NCBI RefSeq assembly: GCF_009834535.1
Contig: NC_045697.1
Span: forward strand, 53,942,001-54,006,000
Direction of reading: 5' to 3'
Length of the DNA: 64,000 nucleotides
Source: Camelus ferus
Lineage: Eukaryota
Shown: piece by piece, positions 38,748-51,000 of the stretch
How the letters are laid out: each line of letters opens with the position of its first letter
How positions within the stretch are numbered: position 1 is the stretch's first letter
Position numbers and translations under genes: made by a program
Notes under the pieces: generated by a model
Database searches by the model: none
Told to the model about the DNA's origin: nothing
Seen by the model: only the letters and a program-made list of their open reading frames with translations

Positions 38748-40804
38748 ACTGACTACCTTCTGAAATATTTCTTCTATATTTTCGCTAAATCTGCTGAAGG
38801 ATGTTACACCTGATGGTTACAACCAGGAAGCCTTGATGATAGTCTTCTGGGCTGAGAGTTCTCCTTACTCCCCCTCATGCCACCAGCCCTCTGGCACACT
38901 GCCCTAGTTCCCTGCAGTAAGTGCTTATATTATATTCACCTTTCCTGCAGGGAGGTAGATACTATTTGTCTTGCAGGAGGTGGGTAGAGAGGAGTGCTAG
39001 GGTTGAATGCCTGGCTCCTCCCTTTGTGGTACTCCAGCTAATCATCCTGCTGGTTACATCTGGGTCTAGCTCCTTCTACTGGATTTCCTCATCTCGACGC
39101 ATGGAGCATTTGTGTTGCTGGTCTCACCTCGCTAGGTTAGAACTTTCCCAAGAGAATTCTGGACTTGACCTTTCTCTTGTCTCTGTATTTTTCAAAGGTC
39201 AATTACTATTTCTGTCATTCTTTTTTGTTTGATTACGGCTATTTTATTTGTTTTTTAAACATCTTTTCCTTAATTTCTGTGACTTTAGTGTAAGAAAGGA
39301 GATTACACCAAATGTTTACCATTTTGAAACTGGAAGTCTGCCCTCCACTCTTCTTTTTTATTAACATGTGTTTTGTACTTAATAATATAGTCAAATAATT
39401 ACCCATGGAATTACCTGAAAAAACAAACTTTAAAAAAAAAACTAATTAGATTGTCCCTTTGTATTCCATATTTATTCCTTATAAACTTACCTCAGTTCTT
39501 ATCCCCCAGCTCTGTCTATTCTCCCACAAACATATGTATACATATTATACACTTAACATTAGTATATACATTTATTACAGGTAGATTTAATTCTAGTTTG
39601 ATGGAGAAGCAGTGAAGGCAAACCTAGAGGTTATGGTTGATAGTATTGAAACTATTGACTTTTAACCTTATTAGTCATGACTATAGAACAAAGACAGGTG
39701 AAACATTCATTTTGATTTTAAGTTATTTATTTACAGCTTGATAATACTCTTTCTTTTAATTTTTCCTAATGCCTAAATATTAGGGTTCAGGGGAAGGAAT
39801 CATTTTCTTCAGTCAAAATAACAGTTCCACAGGGCAAAGTTTTTCTTGTTTTAAAAAATATCATGTTTAAAGTTATGAATAAAATAGATCTATCATTAAA
39901 ACATGTCTTTTTCACTATAGGTATTCAGCACGGAGAGTTTACCGTGTTCAGCTCTGTTGATCTCCTACATTTGTGCAATTTTATTTCTAAGTTCCCTTCA
40001 GTTCTTAAATATCAAAAGAAAATCAGAAATAGACCCTGTATGTGCATGTATTCTGAGTTTTTATTTACTGAACCTGTGTTTGACTGGAAGAGGCCTCTAT
40101 TTAAAAAAAATAAACAGTGTTTGTGTTGTACCTATCCTCAGTATTACTCTACATCCAAGGAAGTACCTTGTTACAGTCTCATCCTTTAATCTCTCAAAGT
40201 AATGACAATGAAAACTTCAATCATTTGATTAAGTACATCATATATTAGATAAAATGACTACTACTGGTAAGAAAAATGAGCTTTTTTACGTATGATGTCA
40301 AGAACTGACAAACAATATGGAATAATGGAGAACAGACATAGGGAGTTCCCAGAAAAAAATTCTTCAGGATTTGTAGATCTTGTGCTTTGAATGTTGTGGT
40401 AACTATCCTAAGGGAAGGTTCTTTCTCAACTCTCAGACCAGTTTATGGACAGGACCACTCACTGTCATTATGGCCCCATGGACATTCACGGGAAGTCCTG
40501 TTTGGTGGGACTTACACCTATTTCTTACATGCAAATCCAAGTTCAACTATGCTTCTCTTATACTTAGACCTCTTACTCTGTCTCTGCATGGTTCTCAGGA
40601 ATGGTGCCCAGGTCCATTCCTTTCATTTCTACTTATTCCCTATCCTCATACCTGATAGAGAAGTTTTGGTTTTTGGATACATTGTTCAAACTTCCTACTT
40701 TTGTCCTCAGCATACCCCCTAAACAACTTCTCCCTCACAGATCTTCTATCTTGAAAGTCACTGCTGAAGTCCCCTTTGTCCAATCCAGCAATCGCTTTTT
40801 GATT

Positions 40805-41200
40805 CTTTTTATGGACTCAGGTCTGTAACTAGACTGATTGTGTCCTAATCCAGCTCCACTGTTTACTAATGGGGAGACTCGGGGTACATTATCTTCTCTA
40901 GGCCTCTGTTTCTTTATCTGTAAAATTGGGCTAATAGCCTTGTTGTGAGGGTCCAATGAGCTAATACACATAAAGAATTTAGAATAGTGCTCAGCACACA
41001 GAAAGTTCTCAGTAAATGGTAGCCATTATTGCTGTGCTTGTAAACTTTTCTCATTCATTTATTCAATAATATTTATCGGACTCCTACTATGTGCTAGGCA
41101 CTGGAACACAGAGAAAGAAGTCTAGTCCCTGGGTTAAGGAAGATCATAGTCTAGTCAGGAAAATATACAGGGAAAGAGAAAATAACAATGAGGTGAGTGA
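40805..41200. mobile_element. MIR followed by an L2 3' end
   Basis: 'ggcctctgtttctttatctgtaaaattgggctaatag' is the MIR core; 'tcattcatttattcaataatatttatcggactcctactatgtgctaggcactgg' is the L2 tail. Confidence 0.75.
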
Positions 41201-41491
41201 TAAATCCATACAATGAACCACCAAAATTGACACTAGACCTAGACTTACTGATATGAAAAGATATCCATAATATATTGCCAAATACAAAATACACATAAAT
41301 ATATTTTTGTTACACATTCTATTATTTTTCCAGTAAGCAATGCTGAGCACCTGAAATAATTCAAGTACGTGATAGGTACTGGGAATATGGAGGTGAGTAA
41401 GAGGCAGACGTACACACAGAGTTTACAGATTTGGTGGTGGGGAAGCTGGTACTGAACATGGGATTCCAAACAATATGCATGCTATGAAGCA

Positions 41492-41627
41492 GGGTGGGTG
41501 GGTATAGCTCAGTGGTAGAGCACGTGCTTAGCATGCAGGAGGGTCCTAGTTTCAACCTACAGCACCTCCATTTAAAAATAATAATGATGAATCGAATAAC
41601 CCACCCCTCTCAAAAAAGATTTTAAAA
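41492..41627 (+). mobile_element. tRNA-derived SINE (Vic-1-like)
   Basis: 'gggtatagctcagtggtagagcacgtgcttagcatgcaggagggtcc' plus A-rich tail. Confidence 0.9.
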
Positions 41628-42939
41628 ATGTTATAACACCTTTTCCAGAGCTAAACTAGATGAGAAAATCACTTCTCTGAAAATGTAATGTTTAAACTGA
41701 GATTTGAATGATAAATAAAGTTACTTCCATGAAGAGCTGGAGTGAAAGTGTTCACAGCAGAAAGAACAGAAGAACAAAATTCTAAGGTAGAAAGAGCATG
41801 GTATGCACAAAGAGGTGAAAACTCCAAGGTGGCATGGGGAAGAAGTGACGGGGAGAGGGGCATATAGTAAGTATGGAAAGGTAAGTAGGGATCAGATCTT
41901 TCCTGGCTTCACAGGTTATAGTAAGGGTATAAAACCTTTCCCTAAAGCCAATTTTAAAAGAGTTGAGAGGAAAGGCTTGAATAATCTATAGTTTAAAAAA
42001 GATCACTGCCCGCATTGTGGAGAATAAGAAGGGGCACAAACACACACACAGGGAGGAGGATATGTAACAAAATGTGTTCACTTGTGGGCACAACGTGAGT
42101 ATCCTGGGATAGTATCAGATTGGTTAACATTAACTTTATTCTCTTCAAACTTCTATTCTATATTTTTCTGAAATTTTCACAATGGCTCAAAGTCACTTCT
42201 AATAATAAAAATCAATAAAACCTAGTAAAAATGCTTATACATTATAATAGATACAATAGCAAACGGAAGTACAGACTAGGAAGGACAAGTAATCTAGACC
42301 GAAGGAGAACAGCTACCTAGAGAAAGTGAAAGATGAATTAAGTGCTGATGGATGAGTACTTCAGCCAGACTAAGAAAGGGAGAACAGGTCTTCTTAATCA
42401 AAAGTAGAGCATTTATAAAGATATGTTGATTAAAGAGAAGATAGCTCAGGATACAAAGTATGCCGTGACCAGTGATGTGGCTGAAGAGGTAGGTGGGGGA
42501 AGGGCATTAGATATTATACTAATAAGTTCAAAATTTATTCTGAAAATGGTGAACAGTAATTGAAGGAATTTTAGCAAGAGCATGACATGGTGAGATTGGT
42601 ATTTCAGAATGATCATCTTAGCAAGAGGTGGGTAAGTGTACCGCATGAGAACAAGACCAGATGCAAAAAAAAAAAAAAAAAACAATTAGGAATTTGACTC
42701 ATCTCCAAGAATAATAGCACCAAATGCCTCATTTGTTGTAACTATTAAGTCAGGCATTGGATAAACAGTGATAAACAAGGGAGTTTCAAGGTGCATATTG
42801 GTTCATCAAGAATATTTCCTCAACTTTCAGGAAAGCAAGTCAATGACATTTTATAGCACATGCTCCTAACAAGAGAGCATTTTTTCCCTTTTCTTCTTTC
42901 TACATGACATATTTTATTATAGCTACTCTACCTTTGGTG

Positions 42940-43393
42940 TGCCTTTATTTGCCCCTCTGACTCCACTGTCCATCCTTCAACCTTCTCTACCCTATTCTCT
43001 GTCCTCGGAGACATACGTGTATAGTCAACATTAATAGATTCTTATCCCTTTTGACTTCCAGTTAGTTTCAGCCAATGGGGAGGCTTGGCAGTAGATCAGA
43101 GACAGGGGGAGAGGACTTATCTCCTGGCTCCCTCCCTACAAGGTTGCCTTCTGTGTTCCTCAACTGAATGTCACTGTTCATTTCAAGCCAAATCACTCTG
43201 TCTCTGTCCCTCTTTTGGTAACTTGTGGCCTAGGGGCAACAGCTCAGCTGCTACAAAACTCTGGGTTCCTGCATTATATCCTGTTATTCCCCCACATCCA
43301 CACCTTAGGAAATAGTCCTTTTATAAACAACTCTTCCTTGATAATAGCCTATTTAGTTGTGCCATTTATTTCTTTTGGGGACCCTGACTGATA
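42940..43393 (+). mobile_element. ERVL LTR (LTR33-like)
   Basis: 'cttccagttagtttcagccaatggggaggc' and the terminal 'gtgccatttatttcttttggggaccctgactgata' match the recalled LTR33 consensus. Confidence 0.65.
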
Positions 43394-44159
43394 GAAGACA
43401 GAAACTCATTGTCTAACCCACACTGGTATATTGAAACTTCATACTAATGTCTGATTCAACTGTACTAAAGGAGATTGCACAGAAAGCTTGGACTTGAAGA
43501 ACACTGAGCTTGGAACATTGTCTGAGGGAAGGTTTGAAAGACATGATTTTCTGTGATTTCCTCTTGGGCAAGAGGTGGGTGTTTTTGGTGGCACATGAAT
43601 TACTTGGTGGAGACATTTTTGGAGCTATAAGTATGTCTTTGGATATTTGCTAGGCAACAGAAGAGTAAATTGTATTGAATATCCACTGTGGTTCTATTTT
43701 ATGCCAGTAATTTTTATTTCCATTTTCTATTCATAAAATAATCTGGATTAAAACACTTGCCAATTTGGCAAGACTGTTATACAAGAGCAGAGGAGTATAA
43801 TAGGACATGAATTTACCTGTCTGTGCATGGAATCCAAAATGATAGGAATATTTGAGATTTTGACAACACTCACCTTAAATTAAGGCAAGTAACTAGGGTA
43901 GTGACACAGATGCAGTCAAATTTATTAGAACACTTATATTTGCAATATTTATGGTTCATTCATGTTCTTTTGATCATGATACAGTTTGATATGACTATTT
44001 ATTAAAGTGACTATATTCACATATGAACTGCTGCTCTTTTTCACATTTTCTCAACCCATACTATGAGTCCTTAATAATGGATAGGAATGATACAATTAAA
44101 AGAGGAATTATTGTTTAATCTCTTTAGATAATCCTAGTCATTCTAGTAATACAATATTC

Positions 44160-47100
44160 TTTGAGACAAATGACAATGAAAACACAACCACACAAACTCT
44201 GTGGGATGCAGCAAAAGCAGACCTAAGAGGGAAGTTCATAACGATACAGACTTTCCTCAAAAAGTAAGAACAATATCAAATAAACAATATAACATACCAC
44301 TTAAAAGAATTAAAAAAAGAAGAACAAACAAAACCTAAAGTCAGCATAAGTAAAGAAATAATAAAGATTAGGGAGGAAATAAAATAAAGATTTAAAAAGA
44401 CAATATAAAAAATCAATCAAACCAAGAGCTGGCTTTTTTGAAAGAATAAATAAAATTGACAAACCTCTGGTCAGACTCACCAAGAAGAAAAGAGAGAGGA
44501 CACAAATAAACAAAATAAGAAATGAAAATGGAGAAATTACAGCCAACACCACAGAAATACAAAAAATCATAAGAAAATACTATGAACAACTATAGGGCAA
44601 TAAATTGGACAACCTAGAAGAAATGGTCAAGTTGCTAGAAACATACAGTCCACCAAGGCTGAATCAAAAAGAAACAGATCATTTGAACAGACCAATCACT
44701 AGAAGTGAAATAGAATCAGCAATGAAAAACCTCCCTGCAAACAAAAGTCCAGGACCAGATGGCTTCACTGGGAAATTCTATCAAACATACAAAGAAGAGT
44801 TCATACTAGTCCTTCTCAAACTCCTTCAAAAGACTGAAGAGGAGGGGATACTTCCAAACTCATTCTGTGAAGCCACAATCACCCTGATACCAAAGCCAGA
44901 CAAAGACACTACCAAAAAAGAAAACTATACGCCAATATTGTTGATGAACATAGGGCAAAAATCCTCAACAAAATATTAGCAAACAGAATCCAATAACACA
45001 TAAAAAAGGTTATACACCATGATCAAGTTGGGTTCATCCCAGGGACACCAAGATGGTTCAACATAGGCAAATCAATCAATGTGATACACCACATCAACAA
45101 GAGAAAGGACAAAAATCACATGATCATCTTAACAGATGCAGAAAAAGCATTTGATAAAATTCAACACCCATTTATGATAAAAACTCTAATTAAGGTAGAT
45201 ATAAAGGGAACACATCTCAACATAATAAATGCTATTTATGACAAACCTGCAGCCAACATAATACTCGACGGTGAAAAGTTGAAAGCCTTCACACTAAAAT
45301 CTGGAATGAGAGAAGGATGCTCACTCTCACCACTGCTTTCTATTCAATATACTGTTGGAAGTCCTAGTCATAGCAAATAGATAAGAAAAAGAGATAATGA
45401 GATCCAAATTTAAAGAGAAGAGGTAAAATTATCACTATATGCAGATGATGTAATACTATATATAGAAAACCCTAAAGGCTACACACAAAAACAACTAGAG
45501 CTGATAAAAGAATTTGGCAAGGTAGCAGGATACAAGATTAACATACAGAAATCAGTGGCATTTCTTTACATTAACAATGAAATATCAGAAAAGGAAAGTA
45601 AAGAAACAATCCCTTTTAAAATCACATCCAAAAAATAAAATACCTAGGGATAAATCTGACCAAGGAAGTGAAAGACTAACATGTGGAGAACTACAAAATA
45701 CTGAATAGGGAAATTAAAGATGATTTAAAGAAATGGAAAGATATCTCTTGTTCTTGGATTAGAAGAATTAACATTGTTAAGATGACCATACTACCCAAAG
45801 CAATCTACAGATTTAATGTGATCCCTATCAAATTACCCAGGACACTTTTCAGAGAACTAGAGCAAATAATCCTAAAATTTATATGGTATTACAGAAGACC
45901 CAGAATTGTCAAAGCAATACTGGAGAAGAAGAATGAAGCTGGAAGAATAACCCTCCCAGACTTCAGACAATACTACAGAACTACAAAACAGCATGGTATC
46001 AGTACAAAAACAGACATATGGACCAATGGAACAAAATAGAGAGCCCAGAAATAAACCCACAAACTTTTGGTCAATTAATCTTTGAAAAAGGAGGCAAGAA
46101 CATACAGTGGAGTAAAGATAGTCTCTTTAGCAAATGGTGTTGGGATAACTGGACAGCTGCACGTAAATCAATGAAGTTAGAATATGCCCTCATACCATAC
46201 ACAAAAATAAACTTAAAATGGCTTAAAGACTTAAACATAAGATAAGACACTATAAACTTCTTGGAAGAAAGCATGGGCAAAGCATTATCTGATGTAAATC
46301 TTAGCAATATACTCCTAGGGCAGTCTACCCAAGTAATAGAAATAAAAGCAAAAATTAACAAATGGGATTTAATTAAATATATAAGCTTTTGCACAGCAAC
46401 AGAAACTATAAGCAAAATAAAAAGACAACCTATGGAATAGGAGAAAATATTTGTAAAAAATGAGACTGATAAGGGTTTAATTTCCAGAACCCGTAAACAG
46501 CTCATACAACTTAATAAGAAAAAAGCAAACAACCCAATCCAAAAATGGGCAGAAGACCTAAACAAGCAATTCTGCAATGAAGACATACAAATGGCCAAGA
46601 GACACATGAAAAAATGTTCAATATCACTAATTATCAAAGAAATGCAAATCAAAACTACAATGAAGTACCACCTCACACCAGTCAGAATAGCCATCATTCA
46701 AAAGTCTACAAATGATAAATGCTGGAGAGGGTGTGAAGAAAGGAAACCCTCCTACACTGCTGGTGGGAATGTAGTTTGGTGTAGCCACTATGGAAAACAG
46801 TATGGAGATTCCTCAAACACTGAAAATAGACTTACCTTATGATCCAGCAATCCCACTCCTGGGCACATATCCAAAGAGAATCTTAATTCAAAAAGATATA
46901 TACACTCCAATGTTCATAGCAGCACTATATACAATAGCCAAGACATGGAAACAACCTAAGTGTCCATCAATAGATGACTGGATAAAGAAGTTCTGGTATA
47001 CCCATACAATGGCATACTACTCAGCTATAAACATAATAAAATAATGCCATTTGCAGCAACATGGATGAATCTAGAGATTGTCATCTAAGTGAAGCCAGAA

Positions 47101-47491
47101 AGAGAAAGAAAAATACCATGTGATATCACTTATAGGTGGAATCTAAAAAAATGAAGACAAATGAACTTATTTACAAAACAGAAACAGACTCACTGACATA
47201 GAAAACAAACTTATGGTTACCAGGGAGAAAGGGGCTGGGAAGGGATAAATTGGGAGCAAGATTTGCAGATACTAACTAATATATAAAAATAGATAAACCA
47301 CAGGTTCATACTGTATAGCACAGGAAACTATATTCAATATCTTGTAGTAACTTACGATGAAAAAAATATGAAAACAAATATACATATGTCCATGTATGAC
47401 TGAAGCAGTATGCTGTATACCAGAAATTGATGCAACATAGTAATCTGACTATAATTCAATAAGAAAATATATAAAATAAAATAAAATAAAA
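44160..47491 (+). mobile_element. 5'-truncated L1 carrying most of ORF2 (EN C-terminus, RT, Cys-rich domain) plus 3' UTR; disrupted by stops and frameshifts
   Basis: Consecutive ORF2 fragments '[19 protein letters not shown]', '[18 protein letters not shown]', '[29 protein letters not shown]' and 'YDPAIPLLG'; RT YADD at 45438-45449; (AAAAT)n tail. Confidence 0.97.
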
Positions 47492-48689
47492 TGGATGCCA
47501 GGTGCCATTGGGTGTAACTACTTGCTTCCTCATTCACATTCAGATGGAGGAGGGAATAGCTGACTACACTTGCTGTTAAGATGGAAGAGGAACCTTTCTA
47601 GAAGTCTCTAGTAACCATCTCCTCATTTATCTAGAGAGGCTAGAATTGCATCATGTTCAGTTTCTAAACTCATAGTTGGCAAAGGGAATGTGATTCTCTG
47701 TAGACCAGTCAGACTCACTTACTGAGCTAAGGTCAATTTCCTAAACCAGAGTGTTACTATTCAATGGAGTAGAGGGTAAAGTGCATTTGGAAAGTCAAAC
47801 ACAATTTAAAAAATACCTATCTAATCCCTATCTTTGAGTAGACTAGAAGATTTGGGGGCTATGGAATTACATTTATTATAGATTTTAAAAAATTATCTAT
47901 CTATCTGTATTTATGAATAGTCTAGAAAAGTAATACTATAAAATGGTGGTATCTTGGTGGTATAATTACATTTCACTTACATTTTCTTCCTTTTGCTTAC
48001 CTATATGTAATATTCTTCTATAACTAAGCACGATTGTTGTTCTCTTTAACCTTTTAGTATGGAAATTTTCAATTCAGTCCAAAAGTAATAGAAACAGTAT
48101 AATGAAACCTCAAGTATCCATAACCTAGCTTCAATTATTACTAACTTGTGACAAATCTTGTTTTATGCATTGTTTTGCAATAAGAAAAAAGATGATTTTA
48201 GTTAAAAGAAGTTAAGATCTAGTCGCCTACTTATTATTTTCTCTAACCCATAGAATTCACCTTTATGCAAATCAGTAAGATTAAGCTGAGGATAGCCCAA
48301 TATTGCTCTTGTCAGGTGAGCAAGATCCTTCCCAAACTGTGCCCGATATATTTCTTGGAGGGTTTGGTTTTGCTTAGTTTCTTACCTTACCTATGCTTCC
48401 CCAAAATGTGTCCTGCAGTATCCCCAACATCAAGAGGAAAAACACGTGACTCTAGGAACACAAAATAAAGGCTCGCTTGAAAGCACAGAGTTATTTTGAA
48501 ATCTCACTTCTTAAAATCTGTGAAAATGTGCATTTTAGTCTATCTATCTATGTTTAGCAGGAATAGAATGTTTTAAATTACTCACCACTGAATAAATTTG
48601 ACACTGTACGAAGATGGTTCTTATTGGTCTTATGGCTTCCCATCTTCTGAGGCCCTCTGACAAATACCCCTGTGAACACAAAAGCAAAA

Positions 48690-50017
48690 ACACTGATAAC
48701 CTGATATAAAAAATAGTGTAAGGATTTGAACAGACATGCTCTAAAGAAAACATACAAAGGGCCAACAGGTACATGACAAAAATCTTCAATGGTCTAAGAT
48801 GGTATGAATTGGAAGCTGACCCAGAAAGATGCTGACAACCCAAGGAGAAAGTTCATCTTAAACCTTCCACCCCCTCAACCACTCACAGAAGCTGAAAAAG
48901 CCATAGAGATGACTCCCAAACCTTTCTGTATAAGAGGAAAGTTTTATGTACCCCTGGAAAGAATCATTGCTTGTCCCAAGGCGAAGCACTTATGTGGTAA
49001 CGTGGAGAAGCTGAGAGCACTTGTTGTTGATGCAGTGGAACTGAACTGCAATGGTTCTGCAGTGAAGGTTGATTTGGATCACTCTACTGACTACTGAGCC
49101 ATCAGTATTTCCTGGCACTCAAGGTCCTAGCAGTAGTCGGACTCATCTAGAATTTAAACTTTGTGTGGTCATAATTCAGGTAACTTTTAATTTTAAACTC
49201 ACCTAACTGTACATTTTTTGTGCTGAATGTGGCATTAAAGAGTTTTATAGAAAAAAAATTATCAGGGAAATGCAACTCAAAACCATGATGAGATATCACC
49301 TCACACCCATCAGAATAATTATTACAGAAGAAAAAGACACCGGTTGGAATGCGGAGGACTGAAACTCTTGCACACTGTTGGTGGGAATGCAAAATGGTGC
49401 AGCTTCTCTGGAAAAAAGTATGAAAGTTCCTCAAAAAATTAAAAATAGAACTACCACATGACCCAGCAATCCTATTTCTGGGTATTTATCCAAAATAATT
49501 GAAACCAGAATCTCAAAAAGATATAAGCACTCTCACATTCATTGCAGCTCTATTCACAATAGCCAAGACATGGAAACAACCTAAACGTCCATAGTTAGAT
49601 GAAGAGACAAAGAAAATGTGGTATATAGATACAATTGAATATTACTCAGCCTTAAAAGAAAAGGAAATTCTGCAATGCGTGACATGGGTAAACCTTGAGG
49701 ACAATATACTGAGTGAAATAAGCCAATCACGGAAGGACAAATACTCTATGATTCCAACAATATGGGGTATCTAAAATAGTAGTATTCACAGAATCAAAGA
49801 GAATGGTGATTTCCAAGGGCTGGGGAGGGTGGTGGGTAAATAGGGGGTTAATAATCAATGGGCTTCAAGTTTCAGTTAAGCAAGATGAATAGTCTGTAGA
49901 GATCTGTTGTATAACACTTCACCTATAGTCAACAATACCGTATTGTACATTAAAAAATCTGTTGAGATAATATCTCATATTGTGTTCTTATCATAATAAA
50001 ATATAATTTTAAAAAAT
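48690..50017 (+). mobile_element. Older L1 3' fragment interrupted by a retrocopy
   Basis: 'aaggatttgaacagacatgctctaaagaaaacatacaaagggccaacaggtacatg' continues after 49257 as 'ttatcagggaaatgcaactcaaaaccatgatgagatatcacctcacacc'; 3' UTR runs to ~50017. Confidence 0.9.
48798..49258 (+). pseudogene. HENMT1: 5'-truncated processed copy of a HENMT1-like mRNA (C-terminal CDS, 3' UTR, ATTAAA, short A tail)
   Basis: ORF 48804-49097 'LTEAEKAIEMTPKPFCIRGKFYVPLERIIACPKAKHLCGNVEKLRALVVDAVELNCNGSAVKVDL' aligns with the recalled human HENMT1 C-terminus 'FTEVEKAKIENSPTPFCVGDKFFVPLQRLLAYPKLNRLCANEEMMRSVIADSIPLSSDGSAVVADL'. ATTAAA at 49234-49239, A8 at 49251-49258. Confidence 0.85.
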
Positions 50018-50967
50018 ACATAAATCTTTGTATCTCAGTACCCTTGTCTACAAAATGGGCATAATAATACCTTTCAGTAATTACAACTGTATAACTTTCT
50101 AAGTTTCTGCTGTTATTCTTACTGCCAGGAAGTTCAAAGTCAAATTTGCAGCTCTATCAAAGCAAGTATGTTTATTAAACAATATTTAGAGCATATTTGC
50201 ATTTGTACTTTTTCTTGGATTTGATTCCTATTTTATCAATATATTGCACATTTTGGGGGAGTGTCTACTTGTAAAATGATAAAGTATATATAGATAAATA
50301 AATTTAGTTTGTATCTCAGGAAGTCTATTCAGAAGACTGAAAGTTGATCCCCCAACATGAAATTAATTAATGTTAAAAATGTTTTTCAAAGACTAATTGC
50401 AAAAAACTGTTTTAAACTTAAAATGTGTCCAAAAATGTTATCTTCATTCACTCACTAGTTTAACAACATTAAATAGTCTATATTGTATATCCCAATAAAT
50501 TAAGCAATAAAAAGATTGTTTTAGTATTGTTACTGTCTGTTAATTATAAAAACCGTATCTCTGGTTTTTATTCTATGTATCACTAGGTATCTTAGAGCTT
50601 AGCAGAGCCTCATGTCAATGTGCAGAAAAACTATCCATAGAATCGTGAAGATAGTTATAGCAGGTGCAGAACATCTCATAGAGGAATTTTTTTTTTACAT
50701 TTTACAACACTCTTTATTTGATTTTAAAACTTGCCTTTTTATGTGTGTACACTGGAATGTTTTATTCCCTATGGAATTTATAGGGTTATAATCTCTCATT
50801 TTAAATATTATTCCAAAAGTAATTTCAGGAAACAAAGAAACATTTTGTGAAACTTAATTGGTCTTAAAAAAATCCTATGGACAAGGAACTCTCAAACAAA
50901 ATTGGATTAATAAGATTTCTTATCTACTTAACTATGTGACAGATCCCCAGTCCCAGTCCCCTTTCTC

Positions 50968-50968
50968 A

Positions 50969-50996
<28 letters not shown>
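50968..50996. repeat. Poly(A) homopolymer
   Basis: Read directly from the sequence. Confidence 0.95.

Positions 50997-51000
<4 letters not shown>

Noticed and set aside
39927..39950. Small hairpin 'agcacgg...ccgtgtt'
   Set aside because: The stem is too short and does not extend into a pre-miRNA-like structure.
46071..46697. Longest ORF in the track (208 aa, minus strand)
   Set aside because: It is the antisense frame of L1 ORF2, a familiar artefact and not a gene.
44605..47044. RT-like ORFs suggesting an active retroelement
   Set aside because: ORF2 is 5'-truncated and broken by many stops and frameshifts; ORF1 and the promoter are absent.
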